Notes: generated by a model not told the origin, from the sequence alone. A stretch of DNA of 64,000 bases from Candidatus Bathyarchaeota archaeon (GCA_963726255.1 CAVSBL010000002.1:160001-224000), one strand, 5' to 3'. Shown: positions 1 through 9,906, numbered from the stretch's first letter. A program made the numbers and translations.

Positions 1-2
1 TG

Positions 3-443
3 AACGCTGGCAACCTTGCCGTTTACGATGCAAACGTCACCGCCACCTCTGATGTCGTAGTGCCTAGCGCTATATCCAGCGCCTTCTTGGGCGAAATCGA
101 CCCAAACATACCCAGACCATTCAGCTTAGTGGTAGTTTTCAAGGGAAACGTCGCTCCGGGAAACTACTCAATTCAAATTACGGCATCTGCAATAGACAAC
201 GGTAGACCCGGATTTCCATACTTGGCCCAGGGAACCGCACCTATTCAACTAAGAAGACAGACTTCGATTCCGAATCAAGGGCGTGGAGGGCCTACCGGCG
301 TACTCGGAATCCTATTAGAGATTCTCAGGTATCTTGAAGGAATATTCTTCGGCTCCACAAGCAACTTCAGCCTTCGGCACCCACTCATGCTTTCAATGGC
401 AGATTGCGAATCGGCTATTAGTCTGTGTATTCGATCCTCTTAG
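3..443 (+). CDS. C-terminal part of COG1361-like S-layer/Ig-fold exported protein (5'-truncated by window)
   Basis: Frame is open from position 3 (NAGNLAVYDANVT...GEIDPNIPRPFSL), a beta-rich pattern typical of archaeal COG1361 proteins that neighbour MacB-type ABC transporters. Confidence 0.5.
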   Translation, partial: NAGNLAVYDANVTATSDVVVPSAISSAFLGEIDPNIPRPFSLVVVFKGNVAPGNYSIQITASAIDNGRPGFPYLAQGTAPIQLRRQTSIPNQGRGGPTGVLGILLEILRYLEGIFFGSTSNFSLRHPLMLSMADCESAISLCIRSS

Positions 444-541
444 CTGAAGGCTTTACAGTAACGGTGAACTACTGCGGTTCTCAATGATTTTCGTTAGCTG
501 CGCCTAAGCCCTGTGCAGTCGGAAGATGATTCGCAGTGGGC

Positions 542-1801
542 CTATTCGTACTTTAAGGCTACGACCGCGTTCATTCGTGAAGCACGCCAGGCGGGATAAA
601 GCCCCGCTATGGTTGCTAGTATTACCGGGAAGACTAATGAGAAAACAATGAGTCCCGTTGAGAAGACTGGAACGATGGTCATTCCACCTCCTCCACCCCC
701 TCCGCCTCCTCCGAATGCGACGCGTCCGCCGCCTAATCCTCCGAGCATGCCTCCCATCAGGAAGGATAGCGCATAGCCTAGGGCAAGTCCGCAGAAGGCT
801 CCAATTACTCCTGTGAGTGCAGCTTCTGCTAGGAACATGCCCATTATCTGTTTCGGTCTGTATCCTATGGCTTTCAGGATACCGATTTCCCTAGTGCGTT
901 CCATCACTGAGACGTACATTGTATTGACTATGCCCACGGTGGCTACAAAGAGAGACACTGCTCCAATGCTGCCTAAGAACACAGTTAGCTGCCCGGTGAT
1001 TCCTTGAATACTCGACAAGATTTGCCCGGGGCTTATTACTCGAACATTGTTCGAGTAGTATGTTTCAATAGTGTTCTGGACGGTGGCAACGTCATCTGTG
1101 TTGTCAACTATGACGTATATTCCTGTGAAGTAGGGGCTTCTTGCGAGGATTTGGGCTGCCTGGAACGATATGTAGACCGTATCATCTATGTTTGCGAAGA
1201 GTGCTGACCCATATTGCGCGAGAATTCCGCTCGCGAGAACAGCATAAGAAAGAGCGCCCTTGGTACCTTTGATTCCTGTAATAGACATAGCAACCATTTG
1301 GTGAAGGCCGATCTGCGTTCCGGATGTCGGATTTGCGATCCCCCATCCAATAGCTGCAGAAGTCGTATCGCCTAGAAGCGGAATAGTTCCTTCGGCAACT
1401 GTCAGTCCCTTGTACAATAGTGGGAGGGCAGTTAGATCTATTCCAACTACGCTCGCCTGGAGTGAGGATCCGCCATTGTTGATGTTTGCCCCATAACTAT
1501 AGAAAGGGTAGGCCTCAGCTACGCCGGGTAGCGATTTGATGTAGACTACATCCTGTTGACTCAGCTGGTAAGTGTTTGTTGAACCGCTGGAGAAAAATCC
1601 TCCAGCATTTCGTACAGTGAGAACGTTCGCCCCGGTTTTCTCAATATTGCTGGCTATGCCAGCGTTGAGTCCGCTTGAGCTAGCGATCAGAGACAGAATG
1701 ATGGCTGAACCAACCGTGATTCCCAGTATCGTTAGGACACTGCGGATCTTTCTATCGAGCAGCGCCTTGTACGCTAGCTTGAACGTGTCACCAAGTCGCA
1801 T
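542..1801 (-). CDS. MacB/FtsX-family ABC transporter permease
   Basis: RSVLTILGITVG, SVMERTREIGILKAIG and YPAWRASRMNAVVALKYE motifs. Confidence 0.95.
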   Translation of the reverse strand: MRLGDTFKLAYKALLDRKIRSVLTILGITVGSAIILSLIASSSGLNAGIASNIEKTGANVLTVRNAGGFFSSGSTNTYQLSQQDVVYIKSLPGVAEAYPFYSYGANINNGGSSLQASVVGIDLTALPLLYKGLTVAEGTIPLLGDTTSAAIGWGIANPTSGTQIGLHQMVAMSITGIKGTKGALSYAVLASGILAQYGSALFANIDDTVYISFQAAQILARSPYFTGIYVIVDNTDDVATVQNTIETYYSNNVRVISPGQILSSIQGITGQLTVFLGSIGAVSLFVATVGIVNTMYVSVMERTREIGILKAIGYRPKQIMGMFLAEAALTGVIGAFCGLALGYALSFLMGGMLGGLGGGRVAFGGGGGGGGGGMTIVPVFSTGLIVFSLVFPVILATIAGLYPAWRASRMNAVVALKYE

Positions 1802-1806
1802 TGCTC

Positions 1807-2541
1807 TTACCTCAATGTATAATCGTCTATTCTTTGGATATATTCTTCTTTATCGACTAGGCCGTCCTTCAGGCTGATTACGCGCTGTGTCATGCTGGAA
1901 ATTTCTGAGTTGTGAGTAACGACCAGAATGGTCGTTCCGAATTCTTTGTTCACTTGGATAAACTGATTTACGACCTCACGAGTAGTCTTCGAGTCCAAAT
2001 TCCCAGTAGGTTCATCGGCTATTATCAGGGCTGGCTCTGCTATTAGGGCTCTAGCAATGGCCACGCGTTGTTGCTCTCCGCCACTCAACTCGGCTGGCCG
2101 TTTGTTGGCCTTCCCATTCAACCCGACAGCGCTTAGCATTTTTAGTGATTTGCTTCTTCGAACCCGTTCAGGTATTCCTCGAGAAATCAGTGGCATCTCG
2201 ACGTTCTCGGCTGACGTAAGCCGCTGAATCAGGTTGAAGGACTGGTAGACAAAACCCAGTTTCCGATTTCGGAGCAGGGAGAGTCTATCCTCATCCAGCT
2301 TCTTGAGGTCAACTCCGTCTATGATTACTCGGCCTGAGGTCGGGCGATCGAGGGCTCCTATTAGGTTCAGGAGGGTCGATTTGCCGCTGCCTGAGGGTCC
2401 CATGATCGCCACAAACTCCCCTCTTTCCACCTTGATGTTGATGCCCCGCAATGCCGGGTAATCAACATGGCCCACGCGGTATACCTTCGTAACATCAATA
2501 GTTTGTACCGCAGGGGCGGATCGTGAAGCCATGATCATCAA
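1807..2541 (-). CDS. ABC transporter ATP-binding protein (LolD/MacB type)
   Basis: Walker A GPSGSGKST, signature LSGGEQQR, Walker B IIADEPTGNLD. Confidence 0.95.
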   Translation of the reverse strand: MMIMASRSAPAVQTIDVTKVYRVGHVDYPALRGINIKVERGEFVAIMGPSGSGKSTLLNLIGALDRPTSGRVIIDGVDLKKLDEDRLSLLRNRKLGFVYQSFNLIQRLTSAENVEMPLISRGIPERVRRSKSLKMLSAVGLNGKANKRPAELSGGEQQRVAIARALIAEPALIIADEPTGNLDSKTTREVVNQFIQVNKEFGTTILVVTHNSEISSMTQRVISLKDGLVDKEEYIQRIDDYTLR

Positions 2542-2612
2542 CTACACGCCATAGTTTACTGTCTAGATTTACATGTTACGCTGGGGGGAGAGGTTGCAGG
2601 GCTTGGGTGTGC

Positions 2613-2759
2613 TCAGTTTTTCCCTCTTAGCTTCGTTGTATATGCATCGATTAGCTTTCCGAGCTTGTAAATTAGCCAAATGAACGCGACGGCTATTGCA
2701 ACTCCGATTATGCCTCGAATGAGCCCAAACAGGCCAAAACCCACTGGCATTTGTGGCAT
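2613..2759 (-). CDS. 48-aa cationic single-TM peptide (MPQMPVGFGLFGLIRGIIGVAIAVAFIWLIYKLGKLIDAYTTKLRGKN)
   Basis: Perfect SD GGAGGTGA 9 nt upstream of the ATG; one hydrophobic helix and a basic tail; co-oriented just upstream of the ABC ATPase; absent from the ORF track. Confidence 0.75.
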   Translation of the reverse strand: MPQMPVGFGLFGLIRGIIGVAIAVAFIWLIYKLGKLIDAYTTKLRGKN

Positions 2760-2887
2760 CTCTATCTCTCACCTCCAAGCTTCCGATCCAACCGGGTCTG
2801 CGCCTAGCTAAAGCGGTTGAGGATGAATCATCCATCTGCGCTATGAGATGAGGACGGGGTGTAGTTAGCTAATTCAAATGGTATGCT

Positions 2888-2989
2888 TGGTGGGGGCGCT
2901 GGGATTTGAACCCAGGACTTCGCGGTTGCGGTTTAGGCAACTCACGCGGGCCCAAGCCGCGTATCATAACCATGCTAGACTACGCCCCC
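2888..2989 (-). tRNA. tRNA-Pro(TGG) with 24-nt intron at 45/46 (2919-2942), CCA encoded
   Basis: Acceptor GGGGGCG/CGCCCCC, anticodon arm CGCGG-CTTGGGC-CCGCG, T arm CTGGG-TTCAAAT-CCCAG. Intron removal gives variable loop TGGTC. Confidence 0.93.
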
Positions 2990-3220
2990 GAAGAAAGTTT
3001 CGTCTAGCATAGCAGGCCGCTATTGCGCACAGCTTGAGTAAAGAAGATTTCTGGATGGCAGATTCAATAGGCATCGGAATGAAAGTTACGTTCGGGAAGA
3101 ACGTTAATGCAAAGTATGGGTTATCGCCTAGGAGGGTTAACTTGGCGAGTATGGGCCCAGCCGTGTCGCACGAAAGGCTTTTGAGCAATTGGCTCAAAAC
3201 ATACGGTTACGTGTTCTCCC

Positions 3221-3373
3221 TTGCAAGAGGTTGGTGAGTATGAGTTGATTGAAGAAGTACCAGTGGCAGAGGGTGGCGACTATGTCTATGTATGTGAAGA
3301 GTGTGGTCGTGAGTTGACCGAGATTCCGTACTACAACCGATTCTACTGCGGATATTGCGGTCTGCACTACTGA
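3221..3373 (+). CDS. 50-aa zinc-ribbon microprotein (CEEC...CGYC)
   Basis: TTG start; MQEVGEYELIEEVPVAEGGDYVYVCEECGRELTEIPYYNRFYCGYCGLHY with two CxxC motifs; absent from the ORF track. Confidence 0.7.
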   Translation: MQEVGEYELIEEVPVAEGGDYVYVCEECGRELTEIPYYNRFYCGYCGLHY

Positions 3374-3527
3374 TCGGCCTGTTTTCCATCGCAAGCTTTG
3401 CTTAGGCATCGGAGATTCCGCCCGTTGCGTATTGCCTATGTTGCAGGCCAAGAGGGCGCTCTAGCACCAAATCTAATGCGCTTTAGTGGGGTTAATTTAA
3501 AACCCCAATCCTCATCATGTCGGCTGA

Positions 3528-4718
3528 GTGCCTTTCTTGGCGGCGAAGCTTGGTTTCATCACCGAGTCTGTTATCGCTGAAATGACTAGTTTGAGTGATG
3601 AATATGGGGCCATAAACCTCGCCGAAGGCATGCCAGATTTCGCAGCACCCCCAAACCTGATCGAAGCAGCAGTTGAAGCGATAAGACACGGCTCGAACCA
3701 GTATGCGAACACATGGGGCTACAAGGGCCTTAGAGAGGCAGTTGCCAACAAAGTCAAGGATTACAACGGCATTGAGGCCGATCCCGAAAAGAACGTTACA
3801 ATCACATGCGGTTCAACCGAAGCCCTCGCCGCCGCAATTTTCGGCTTAACAAATCCCGGCGATCGAATTGTGGTCCCGGACCCCTTCTATGAGAACTATG
3901 TTCCAGACGCAATCATGGCGAACTGCGAACTAACCTACGTCCCCTTCGTGGGGCGTAATCTGCTGCTCGACGAAGAGGCTCTAAAGAACGCCATGGCAAC
4001 CCATCCCAAACTCCTCGTCCTAAACACTCCCAACAACCCAACAGGAAAGGTGATGAGCATAGAGCAATTGAAACTGATTGCGGACTTATGCGAAGAAGAA
4101 AAGACAATCGCTGTTACGGACGAGATATACGAGCACATCATTTACGATGGCAAGAAACATGTAAGCCTAGCATCTTTAGGCAATATGCATGAGCGAACCG
4201 TAACTGTTAGTGGCGCATCAAAGACTTACAGTGTCACAGGATGGAGGGTTGGTTGGGCCATAGCGGAAGCAAAACTCACGAATGCCCTGCGAAAGGTTCA
4301 CGATTACTTAACCATCTGTGCCCCAACTCCGCTGCAAGAAGCTCTCGTCACCGCTCTGAACTTTTCACCCTCGTATTACGATAGACTTTCAGAAGCATAT
4401 GACAGAAAACGCAGGACGATGATGAAAATCCTCGACGAAACCGGGCTTCAATACCACAGGCCAGAGGGTGCTTACTACATTCTCGTGAACGCCCCCGACC
4501 AATTCAAGGATGGGGAACAATTCACCAATTACCTACTGAAGACTGTTGGGTTGGCCGTGTTGCCCGCGAGCGCTCTCTGCCACGACAAGGAGCTGGGCAG
4601 ACGAAAGGTTCGCTTAGCGTACTGTAAGAAAGATACGACCTTGCAAGAAGTCAAGCGGCGCATTAAGAAGCTCAGTGAAAAGCCGAAACAGAGGCTGCCA
4701 GCAAAAACAAGGGCATAA
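3528..4718 (+). CDS. PLP-dependent aminotransferase class I/II
   Basis: INLAEGMPD, NTPNNPTG, DEIY and SKTYSVTGWRVG motifs. Confidence 0.93.
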   Translation: MPFLAAKLGFITESVIAEMTSLSDEYGAINLAEGMPDFAAPPNLIEAAVEAIRHGSNQYANTWGYKGLREAVANKVKDYNGIEADPEKNVTITCGSTEALAAAIFGLTNPGDRIVVPDPFYENYVPDAIMANCELTYVPFVGRNLLLDEEALKNAMATHPKLLVLNTPNNPTGKVMSIEQLKLIADLCEEEKTIAVTDEIYEHIIYDGKKHVSLASLGNMHERTVTVSGASKTYSVTGWRVGWAIAEAKLTNALRKVHDYLTICAPTPLQEALVTALNFSPSYYDRLSEAYDRKRRTMMKILDETGLQYHRPEGAYYILVNAPDQFKDGEQFTNYLLKTVGLAVLPASALCHDKELGRRKVRLAYCKKDTTLQEVKRRIKKLSEKPKQRLPAKTRA

Positions 4719-4721
4719 TCA

Positions 4722-5372
4722 GTGGCGCCGCCGCGAATGGCTTCCGGGAGAATTCTTCAAATCCTGCAAACGCTCTCGCGACAACCAAGCCCGGGGCCAG
4801 CTCCTGCCTTCACACATGTTGATGTCGCTCAAGCAATTCTTACAATTGGAGATGAAGGCCAGATCGGGAGAATTGAGCTTTCAAGGAGATTAGGGGTTGG
4901 CGAGGGCGCGGCACGTACGATCATAAAGCATCTGATGCAAGCAAACTTGATTAAAGTCGCGAAAAACGGGTGCGTGTTGACGAAGCGCGGAGCACCACTT
5001 TACAAATCACTGAGGTCAAAGGTTTCCAAGGTCTCCCGAGTAGAGGCGAAGCAGTTTGCCCTCGACAGAGTCAGTGCGGCTGTCTCAGTCAGGCGAGTAG
5101 GGCGCTTCATGAAGAAGGGTATCGAGCAGAGAGATGCCGCCATACGGGCTGGAGCGACAGGAGCTTGCACACTCGTATTTCAGGGCCGAGAATTCTCGAT
5201 GCCGATGAGTGAGACTGAGGATTGGAGGTTGAGCCGAGATGATCCGCTCTTCCAGGACTTGAGAAAACTGTTCAGCCCAGAGGAGGGTGACGTAGTGGTG
5301 TTAAGCAGCGCTCCCGATAGGGCGACAGCTGAGCACGGAGCTATGGCTGCCGCTCTGACGTTGATGGCATGA
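4722..5372 (+). CDS. DUF4443/DUF2111-like winged-helix protein
   Basis: IGRIELSRRLGVGEGAARTII HTH plus GIEQRDAAIRAGATGA motif. Confidence 0.75.
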   Translation: MAPPRMASGRILQILQTLSRQPSPGPAPAFTHVDVAQAILTIGDEGQIGRIELSRRLGVGEGAARTIIKHLMQANLIKVAKNGCVLTKRGAPLYKSLRSKVSKVSRVEAKQFALDRVSAAVSVRRVGRFMKKGIEQRDAAIRAGATGACTLVFQGREFSMPMSETEDWRLSRDDPLFQDLRKLFSPEEGDVVVLSSAPDRATAEHGAMAAALTLMA

Positions 5373-5411
5373 TTATTTCGCAGCAGGAACGCTGAGAGTT
5401 CTTGTCCCGCT

Positions 5412-6482
5412 TCATTTGCCTCGGATGAATTCTTCGAGCATGCGTCTGGCTACATCGTCGGGGTATTGTTCTGGCGGGGATTTCATAAAGTATGCCGAAG
5501 GTGCCTTCAATGCGCCGGCGATGCCTCTATCCAATGCCAGCTTGGCGCATCTGATGGCATCGATCACAACGCCTGCGCTGTTCGGGGAATCCCAGACTTC
5601 AAGCTTGGTTTCAATGTTCAGTGGGACGTTTCCGAAGGTGGTCCCCTCTAAGCGGATGTAGGCCCATTTGCGATCCAACAGCCACGGCACGTAATCGCTC
5701 GGGCCAATGTGCACGTTGTCAGGGTTCATCTTATAGTCGAGTACTGAGGTCACTGCGCCGGTCTTTGAGATCTTCTTACTTTCCAGCCTCTCCCGTTCCA
5801 GCATGTTGAGAAAATCTGTGTTTCCGCCCACATTGAGCTGCATGGTGCGTTCAAGTTTGACACCTCGGTCTTTGAAGAGTTGAGTGAGAACTCTATGAAC
5901 GATTGTTGCGCCGACTTGTGATTTGATATCGTCTCCGATTATTGGAAGGCCGCGTTTCTCAAACACTTGTTGCCATCGCTTTTCTCTCGCTATGAAGACG
6001 GGGATGCAGTTTACGACTGCGCACCCTGCATCCAGCGCCTGTTCCACGTACCATTTGGTGGCGAACTCGCTGCCAACGGGAAGGTAATTGAGGACAATAT
6101 CCGTTTTAGTTTCCTTCAAGACGTGGCTTACGTCTACCGTGTGGGACGGATGCTTCTCTATGACCTTGCTCAGGTATTTTCCTAACCCATCGTGGGTCAT
6201 GCCTCGTTGAACCTCCACGCCGAGCCTCGGGACGCTGCTGAACTTTATCGTGTTGTTGGGTTTCGTGTAAATTGCGTCCGCTAGATCCTTCCCAACCTTG
6301 TTCTTGTCGATGTCAAAGGCGGCGGTGAAGGTCACGTCACGAACGTGATAGCCGCCCAACCTAACGTGCATCAATCCCGGAACGAACTGATTGTCCTTGG
6401 CATCCTTGTAGAATTCTACCCCTTGAACGAGGGAGGATGCGCAGTTGCCCACGCCGACGATTGCAACGCGAATCTTTGCCAT
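5412..6482 (-). CDS. ino1: Myo-inositol-1-phosphate synthase
   Basis: [34 protein letters not shown] and DSPNSAG motifs; start placed at MAKIRV. Confidence 0.95.
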   Translation of the reverse strand: MAKIRVAIVGVGNCASSLVQGVEFYKDAKDNQFVPGLMHVRLGGYHVRDVTFTAAFDIDKNKVGKDLADAIYTKPNNTIKFSSVPRLGVEVQRGMTHDGLGKYLSKVIEKHPSHTVDVSHVLKETKTDIVLNYLPVGSEFATKWYVEQALDAGCAVVNCIPVFIAREKRWQQVFEKRGLPIIGDDIKSQVGATIVHRVLTQLFKDRGVKLERTMQLNVGGNTDFLNMLERERLESKKISKTGAVTSVLDYKMNPDNVHIGPSDYVPWLLDRKWAYIRLEGTTFGNVPLNIETKLEVWDSPNSAGVVIDAIRCAKLALDRGIAGALKAPSAYFMKSPPEQYPDDVARRMLEEFIRGK

Positions 6483-6638
6483 TATGCATGCGCCCAAACT
6501 CTGAGGGTGGCTCGTGAAGCTGCTGAAGTCATATGTAAAGAGCTAGTTCGCGGCGTGGAGGTGAAAACGACTGGGGCGTAGGTTATAGAGAAACTATATT
6601 GGCGGTCGGGTGAATCCAATAGTCCAATTGTCATACTG

Positions 6639-7820
6639 GTGAGCAGAGGATTGGACAAGGGAGAACAGACATCGCTCTTACACGACGTAGATGAGTTCTG
6701 CAAGGAACTGAGGCCTATTGAAGAGGTCTGCTACGTCGAGCACACTTTCAATGAGCAACTGATTCCGTTATGCAGAAAGTACAACCTTCTCGGTATCCCA
6801 GTCAGAAAAGAGTATGGCGGCCGCGGAGCGGATTCGCTAACGTATGCGAGAGCTTTAGCTCGTATCGGAATGGAAGGAACTGGTATTCGAACGTTTTTCT
6901 CGGGCCACACATCCATCGGGCAGGTTCCAATCCAGAATTGGGGAAACGAAGAGCAACGTAAGCGTTACCTTCCGCCATCCACAAAGGGGGAGAAAATTCT
7001 CGCGTTCGGTTTGACGGAACCCGAGGCTGGCAGCAACCCGCTTGAAATGAAAATGACATACCATGAAGAGGCAGGTAACTATGTTCTGAACGGAGTCAAG
7101 TACCTAATCTCTAATGCGGGGATTGCCCATGCCATTGTGACCTTCGCATACCCCAAGGCCGGAGGCCGCGTAAGTGCGTTCATAGTTGACACTGACAAGG
7201 AAGGAATTCTGAGACAGGATTTGACGACGAAACTGGGGATGCCAACTGCCAATACTGCGCTCTTCGAGTTGCACGACTACCCCGTGCCAAAGGAGAATAT
7301 GCTTGGCAAGGAGGGAGACGGGTTCAAGATCGCCATGTCCACGCTGATGAGCGGCCGTTTGAGTGTTGCCGCAGGGTGCGTCGGTGTGATTGCCGACTGT
7401 CTAAATGAGATAGTGCGCTACTCTAAGGAAAGGAGCCAACACGGAAAGCCGATCGCAAAACATCAACTCGTACAGGAACATATTGCAATGGTGAGAACTG
7501 AATTGGACGCCGCAATGTGCCTAGTCTACAAGTCCGCCCGCGCCAAGAATGCGTATGATGCAGATCCCACGAACGCGAAGGTCCGCGCCTATGCTGACCG
7601 GTTGATTGCTGAAGGCAAGTTCTATTCTTCCAACGCGGCCTGGGACGCTGCAGATAGGGCGGTGCAGGTTTTCGGAGGGCGAGGTTTCTCCTACCTATTC
7701 AGGCCTGGCAGGCATTTGATGGATGTTAGGGTCTGTAGGCTGTATGAAGGAACGGATGAGATTATGAAGCTGAAAATCGCGTCCGCCGTCTTGGGCAAAG
7801 AGTACGAGGCGTACAGATAA
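6639..7820 (+). CDS. Acyl-CoA dehydrogenase
   Basis: FGLTEPEAGSN, AVQVFGGRG and LYEGTDEI motifs. Confidence 0.93.
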   Translation: MSRGLDKGEQTSLLHDVDEFCKELRPIEEVCYVEHTFNEQLIPLCRKYNLLGIPVRKEYGGRGADSLTYARALARIGMEGTGIRTFFSGHTSIGQVPIQNWGNEEQRKRYLPPSTKGEKILAFGLTEPEAGSNPLEMKMTYHEEAGNYVLNGVKYLISNAGIAHAIVTFAYPKAGGRVSAFIVDTDKEGILRQDLTTKLGMPTANTALFELHDYPVPKENMLGKEGDGFKIAMSTLMSGRLSVAAGCVGVIADCLNEIVRYSKERSQHGKPIAKHQLVQEHIAMVRTELDAAMCLVYKSARAKNAYDADPTNAKVRAYADRLIAEGKFYSSNAAWDAADRAVQVFGGRGFSYLFRPGRHLMDVRVCRLYEGTDEIMKLKIASAVLGKEYEAYR

Positions 7821-8270
7821 TTATCCTGCGGATTCAAGCTTTGACTTTACACATTCGAAGAACTGCTGCGTGAATCTGTTCGTGCTGCTCTGAATAAGGC
7901 TAGGGGAAATCTCGCCTAACAAACCACCAAGTTCTGCGTCAGTCCTCCAAGCCAATTCCGTTGTCCCAGAGTCTACTTCATTCAGGTCCATGGTTGCATT
8001 TAATTGAACGGAAACGCCCGCACCCTTACCAAAGGCTTGGAATCTTGAATGAGAGGGAGGTTGCTGGTCGAGCAAGGTGAAATCAAATCTGAAACTCCCA
8101 CGAACGAAAGCGATTCCGACTTTCACGGTCACCGAGAAGGTTTTCGAATCCTTGACTTCTAGGCTTTGCAAATCTGGAAGGCACTTAACAATTTCCTCCG
8201 GCCTCGAAATGAACTGCCAAACCTCAGCGCGCGGCCTCTTCAGAATGTAGGCGCCTTCGAGATGCATCAA
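7821..8270 (-). CDS. CoxG/SRPBCC-family protein
   Basis: Typical CoxG pattern (VWQFIS.PE...CLP..., A.LGG.LG). Confidence 0.8.
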   Translation of the reverse strand: MMHLEGAYILKRPRAEVWQFISRPEEIVKCLPDLQSLEVKDSKTFSVTVKVGIAFVRGSFRFDFTLLDQQPPSHSRFQAFGKGAGVSVQLNATMDLNEVDSGTTELAWRTDAELGGLLGEISPSLIQSSTNRFTQQFFECVKSKLESAG

Positions 8271-8320
8271 TCGTCGTGTTAAACCAGAGCCGTTGGTTCA
8301 TAAAAACTGTCTTGAAGGCT

Positions 8321-8449
8321 TTAGACTACACCTTTCGTGTGCAGTTCTGAAATGCGATGGGCATCGTAACCCAGTAATGTGTGCAGGATTTCATCTGTAT
8401 GTTCGCAAGTAACTTCAGAGGGCCATGTAAGGGTGCCCGCGAAGGGCAC
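8321..8449 (-). pseudogene. C-terminal remnant of a family III (CaiB/BaiF) CoA-transferase
   Basis: Translates as LL[G, 1-nt deletion]EHTDEILHTLLGYDAHRISELHTKGVV*, matching the family III C-terminus (LLGEHTDEVL..LLGY....I..L...GVV). Confidence 0.65.
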
Positions 8450-8456
8450 TGGGTCT

Positions 8457-8957
8457 TCAATTATTTCCGGTCGGGGGCTTGGTGAGAATAGTCTTGCTCA
8501 CTAAGACATATGCACAATATCCTATCATGACCGCGATGAATTGGCAGATGAATGCTGAGTAGCCGGCTTCGGTTGATGAAATCCCTGAAACGATTGGCAA
8601 AAGGTAGGTCAGCCAAAGCGACGTTATGGCTACGTAGGCTAGGCAACCTGCAAGGGTACTAAACCTCCGTGCATAGTAGATTACCAGGAGGCCGATGAAC
8701 GAGAACAGCGGGGATAACGTGGCGATCGGTGATGCTTCCACGCCAAGGTTTGCTATGAATTGGCCAAGCGTCAACCCAAATACGGCTGGCATCCCGAAAA
8801 TGGCGACGAAGGCGCTTGGCATTTCACCTATCTTGACTTGGTATGCGAGCAACGGGATTTTGGGGAGCCCTAAGGTACCTGCGGCGTAGATAGCGGTGAA
8901 GATGACGAACGTCCCAAAGTCTTGTAGCTTCAACCTAAGAGTCGACTCCCCTGCCAC
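8457..8957 (-). CDS. QueT-like membrane protein (ECF S-component type)
   Basis: TAIYAAGT, YQVKIGE and FGMPAVFGLTLGQFIANL resemble QueT family motifs. Confidence 0.65.
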   Translation of the reverse strand: MAGESTLRLKLQDFGTFVIFTAIYAAGTLGLPKIPLLAYQVKIGEMPSAFVAIFGMPAVFGLTLGQFIANLGVEASPIATLSPLFSFIGLLVIYYARRFSTLAGCLAYVAITSLWLTYLLPIVSGISSTEAGYSAFICQFIAVMIGYCAYVLVSKTILTKPPTGNN

Positions 8958-9775
8958 ATCAGAGCGAAGAGCACCAACCAGATTATGTGCACGAAGTGCC
9001 AGTACGTTGAGGTAGCCTCAACAAACCCATGGTTCTTCGGGGAGTATTGCCCCATGAATGCCCGGATGTCAGTATAGCCATAGGCGATTACTCCGACAAC
9101 TACGTGCGCTCCGTGAATTCCCGTTAGGAGAAAGAAGGTTGCCCCGAAGAATCCGCTTGCCGGAGTCAGTATGTTATTTAGAATCAGGTGCGGCCATTCG
9201 AAGCCGAATTGAAGAATAGGAAACAGGCTCCCTAGAATCGTAGTTCCAACGATACCCGCCTTGAAGGCTCTCTGCCTGCCCAGTTTCAGTTGCCAAACAG
9301 CCCATTCTACAAGAACGCTGCTTGAGATCAGTACGAGTGTCTGGATGCGGGCGATTGAGTCGTCCAGGATTGGTGCCCCAGCAGGTGGCCAAAACGGGAA
9401 CTGGGCTCTGATTGCAAAATACATTCCGAAGGCTCCTCCGAAAAGAAGAAGCTCCGTGAGAATGATGATTTGGATTGTAAGGTTAATGTCGACGGGGAAT
9501 GGGCCGAGCACTGTGTCTCGCGGTAGTCGAGGAAGAGATTTGGTCATGGCAGAGGACCAGTTCCTCGTCTCGCTGTAGAGGAACCCCACCAGAACAGCGC
9601 CAAATGATAGCATCATCAACAAGCCCGCCAACCAGATTACCCCTTTGAAAAGGAAGAAGAGGCCTGTTACTGCCACTCCAGTGGCAAGGGCGATAAGTAC
9701 TGGCCAGATGCTATGTTCCAAATATTCCGGAACATGTTCTTGTGGCATTTTCGAAGTTTCTCCGGCAGTACCCAA
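8930..9775 (-). CDS. coxC: Heme-copper oxidase subunit III
   Basis: SIWP, TELLLFG, FFLLTGIHGAHV and YWHFV motifs; the start may instead be ATG 9748. Confidence 0.9.
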   Translation of the reverse strand: MGTAGETSKMPQEHVPEYLEHSIWPVLIALATGVAVTGLFFLFKGVIWLAGLLMMLSFGAVLVGFLYSETRNWSSAMTKSLPRLPRDTVLGPFPVDINLTIQIIILTELLLFGGAFGMYFAIRAQFPFWPPAGAPILDDSIARIQTLVLISSSVLVEWAVWQLKLGRQRAFKAGIVGTTILGSLFPILQFGFEWPHLILNNILTPASGFFGATFFLLTGIHGAHVVVGVIAYGYTDIRAFMGQYSPKNHGFVEATSTYWHFVHIIWLVLFALMWQGSRLLG

Positions 9776-9906
9776 TTTTAGGAGCCCTTCGCCCAGCGCA
9801 GCTGCATGAAATATAAATTTTCGGTAAAGCGCATCTCAATTATAGCATCCGACAAAAATCACATTCTTATTAGCTAAGGTTTACTTTTCGCAGGGCTCGA
9901 ATAACC

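Noticed and set aside
680-745. Poly-Gly-encoding low-complexity repeat in the permease
   Set aside because: In-frame Gly linker common in archaeal MacB permeases, not a repeat element.
2569-2835. 88-aa ORF-track ORF upstream of the ABC ATPase
   Set aside because: Non-protein-like composition; the SD-supported 48-aa ORF in another frame explains the region.
2919-2950. Canonical 37/38 intron placement in tRNA-Pro
   Set aside because: No central helix can form (CTTG versus ACCG); the 45/46 placement gives a proper motif.
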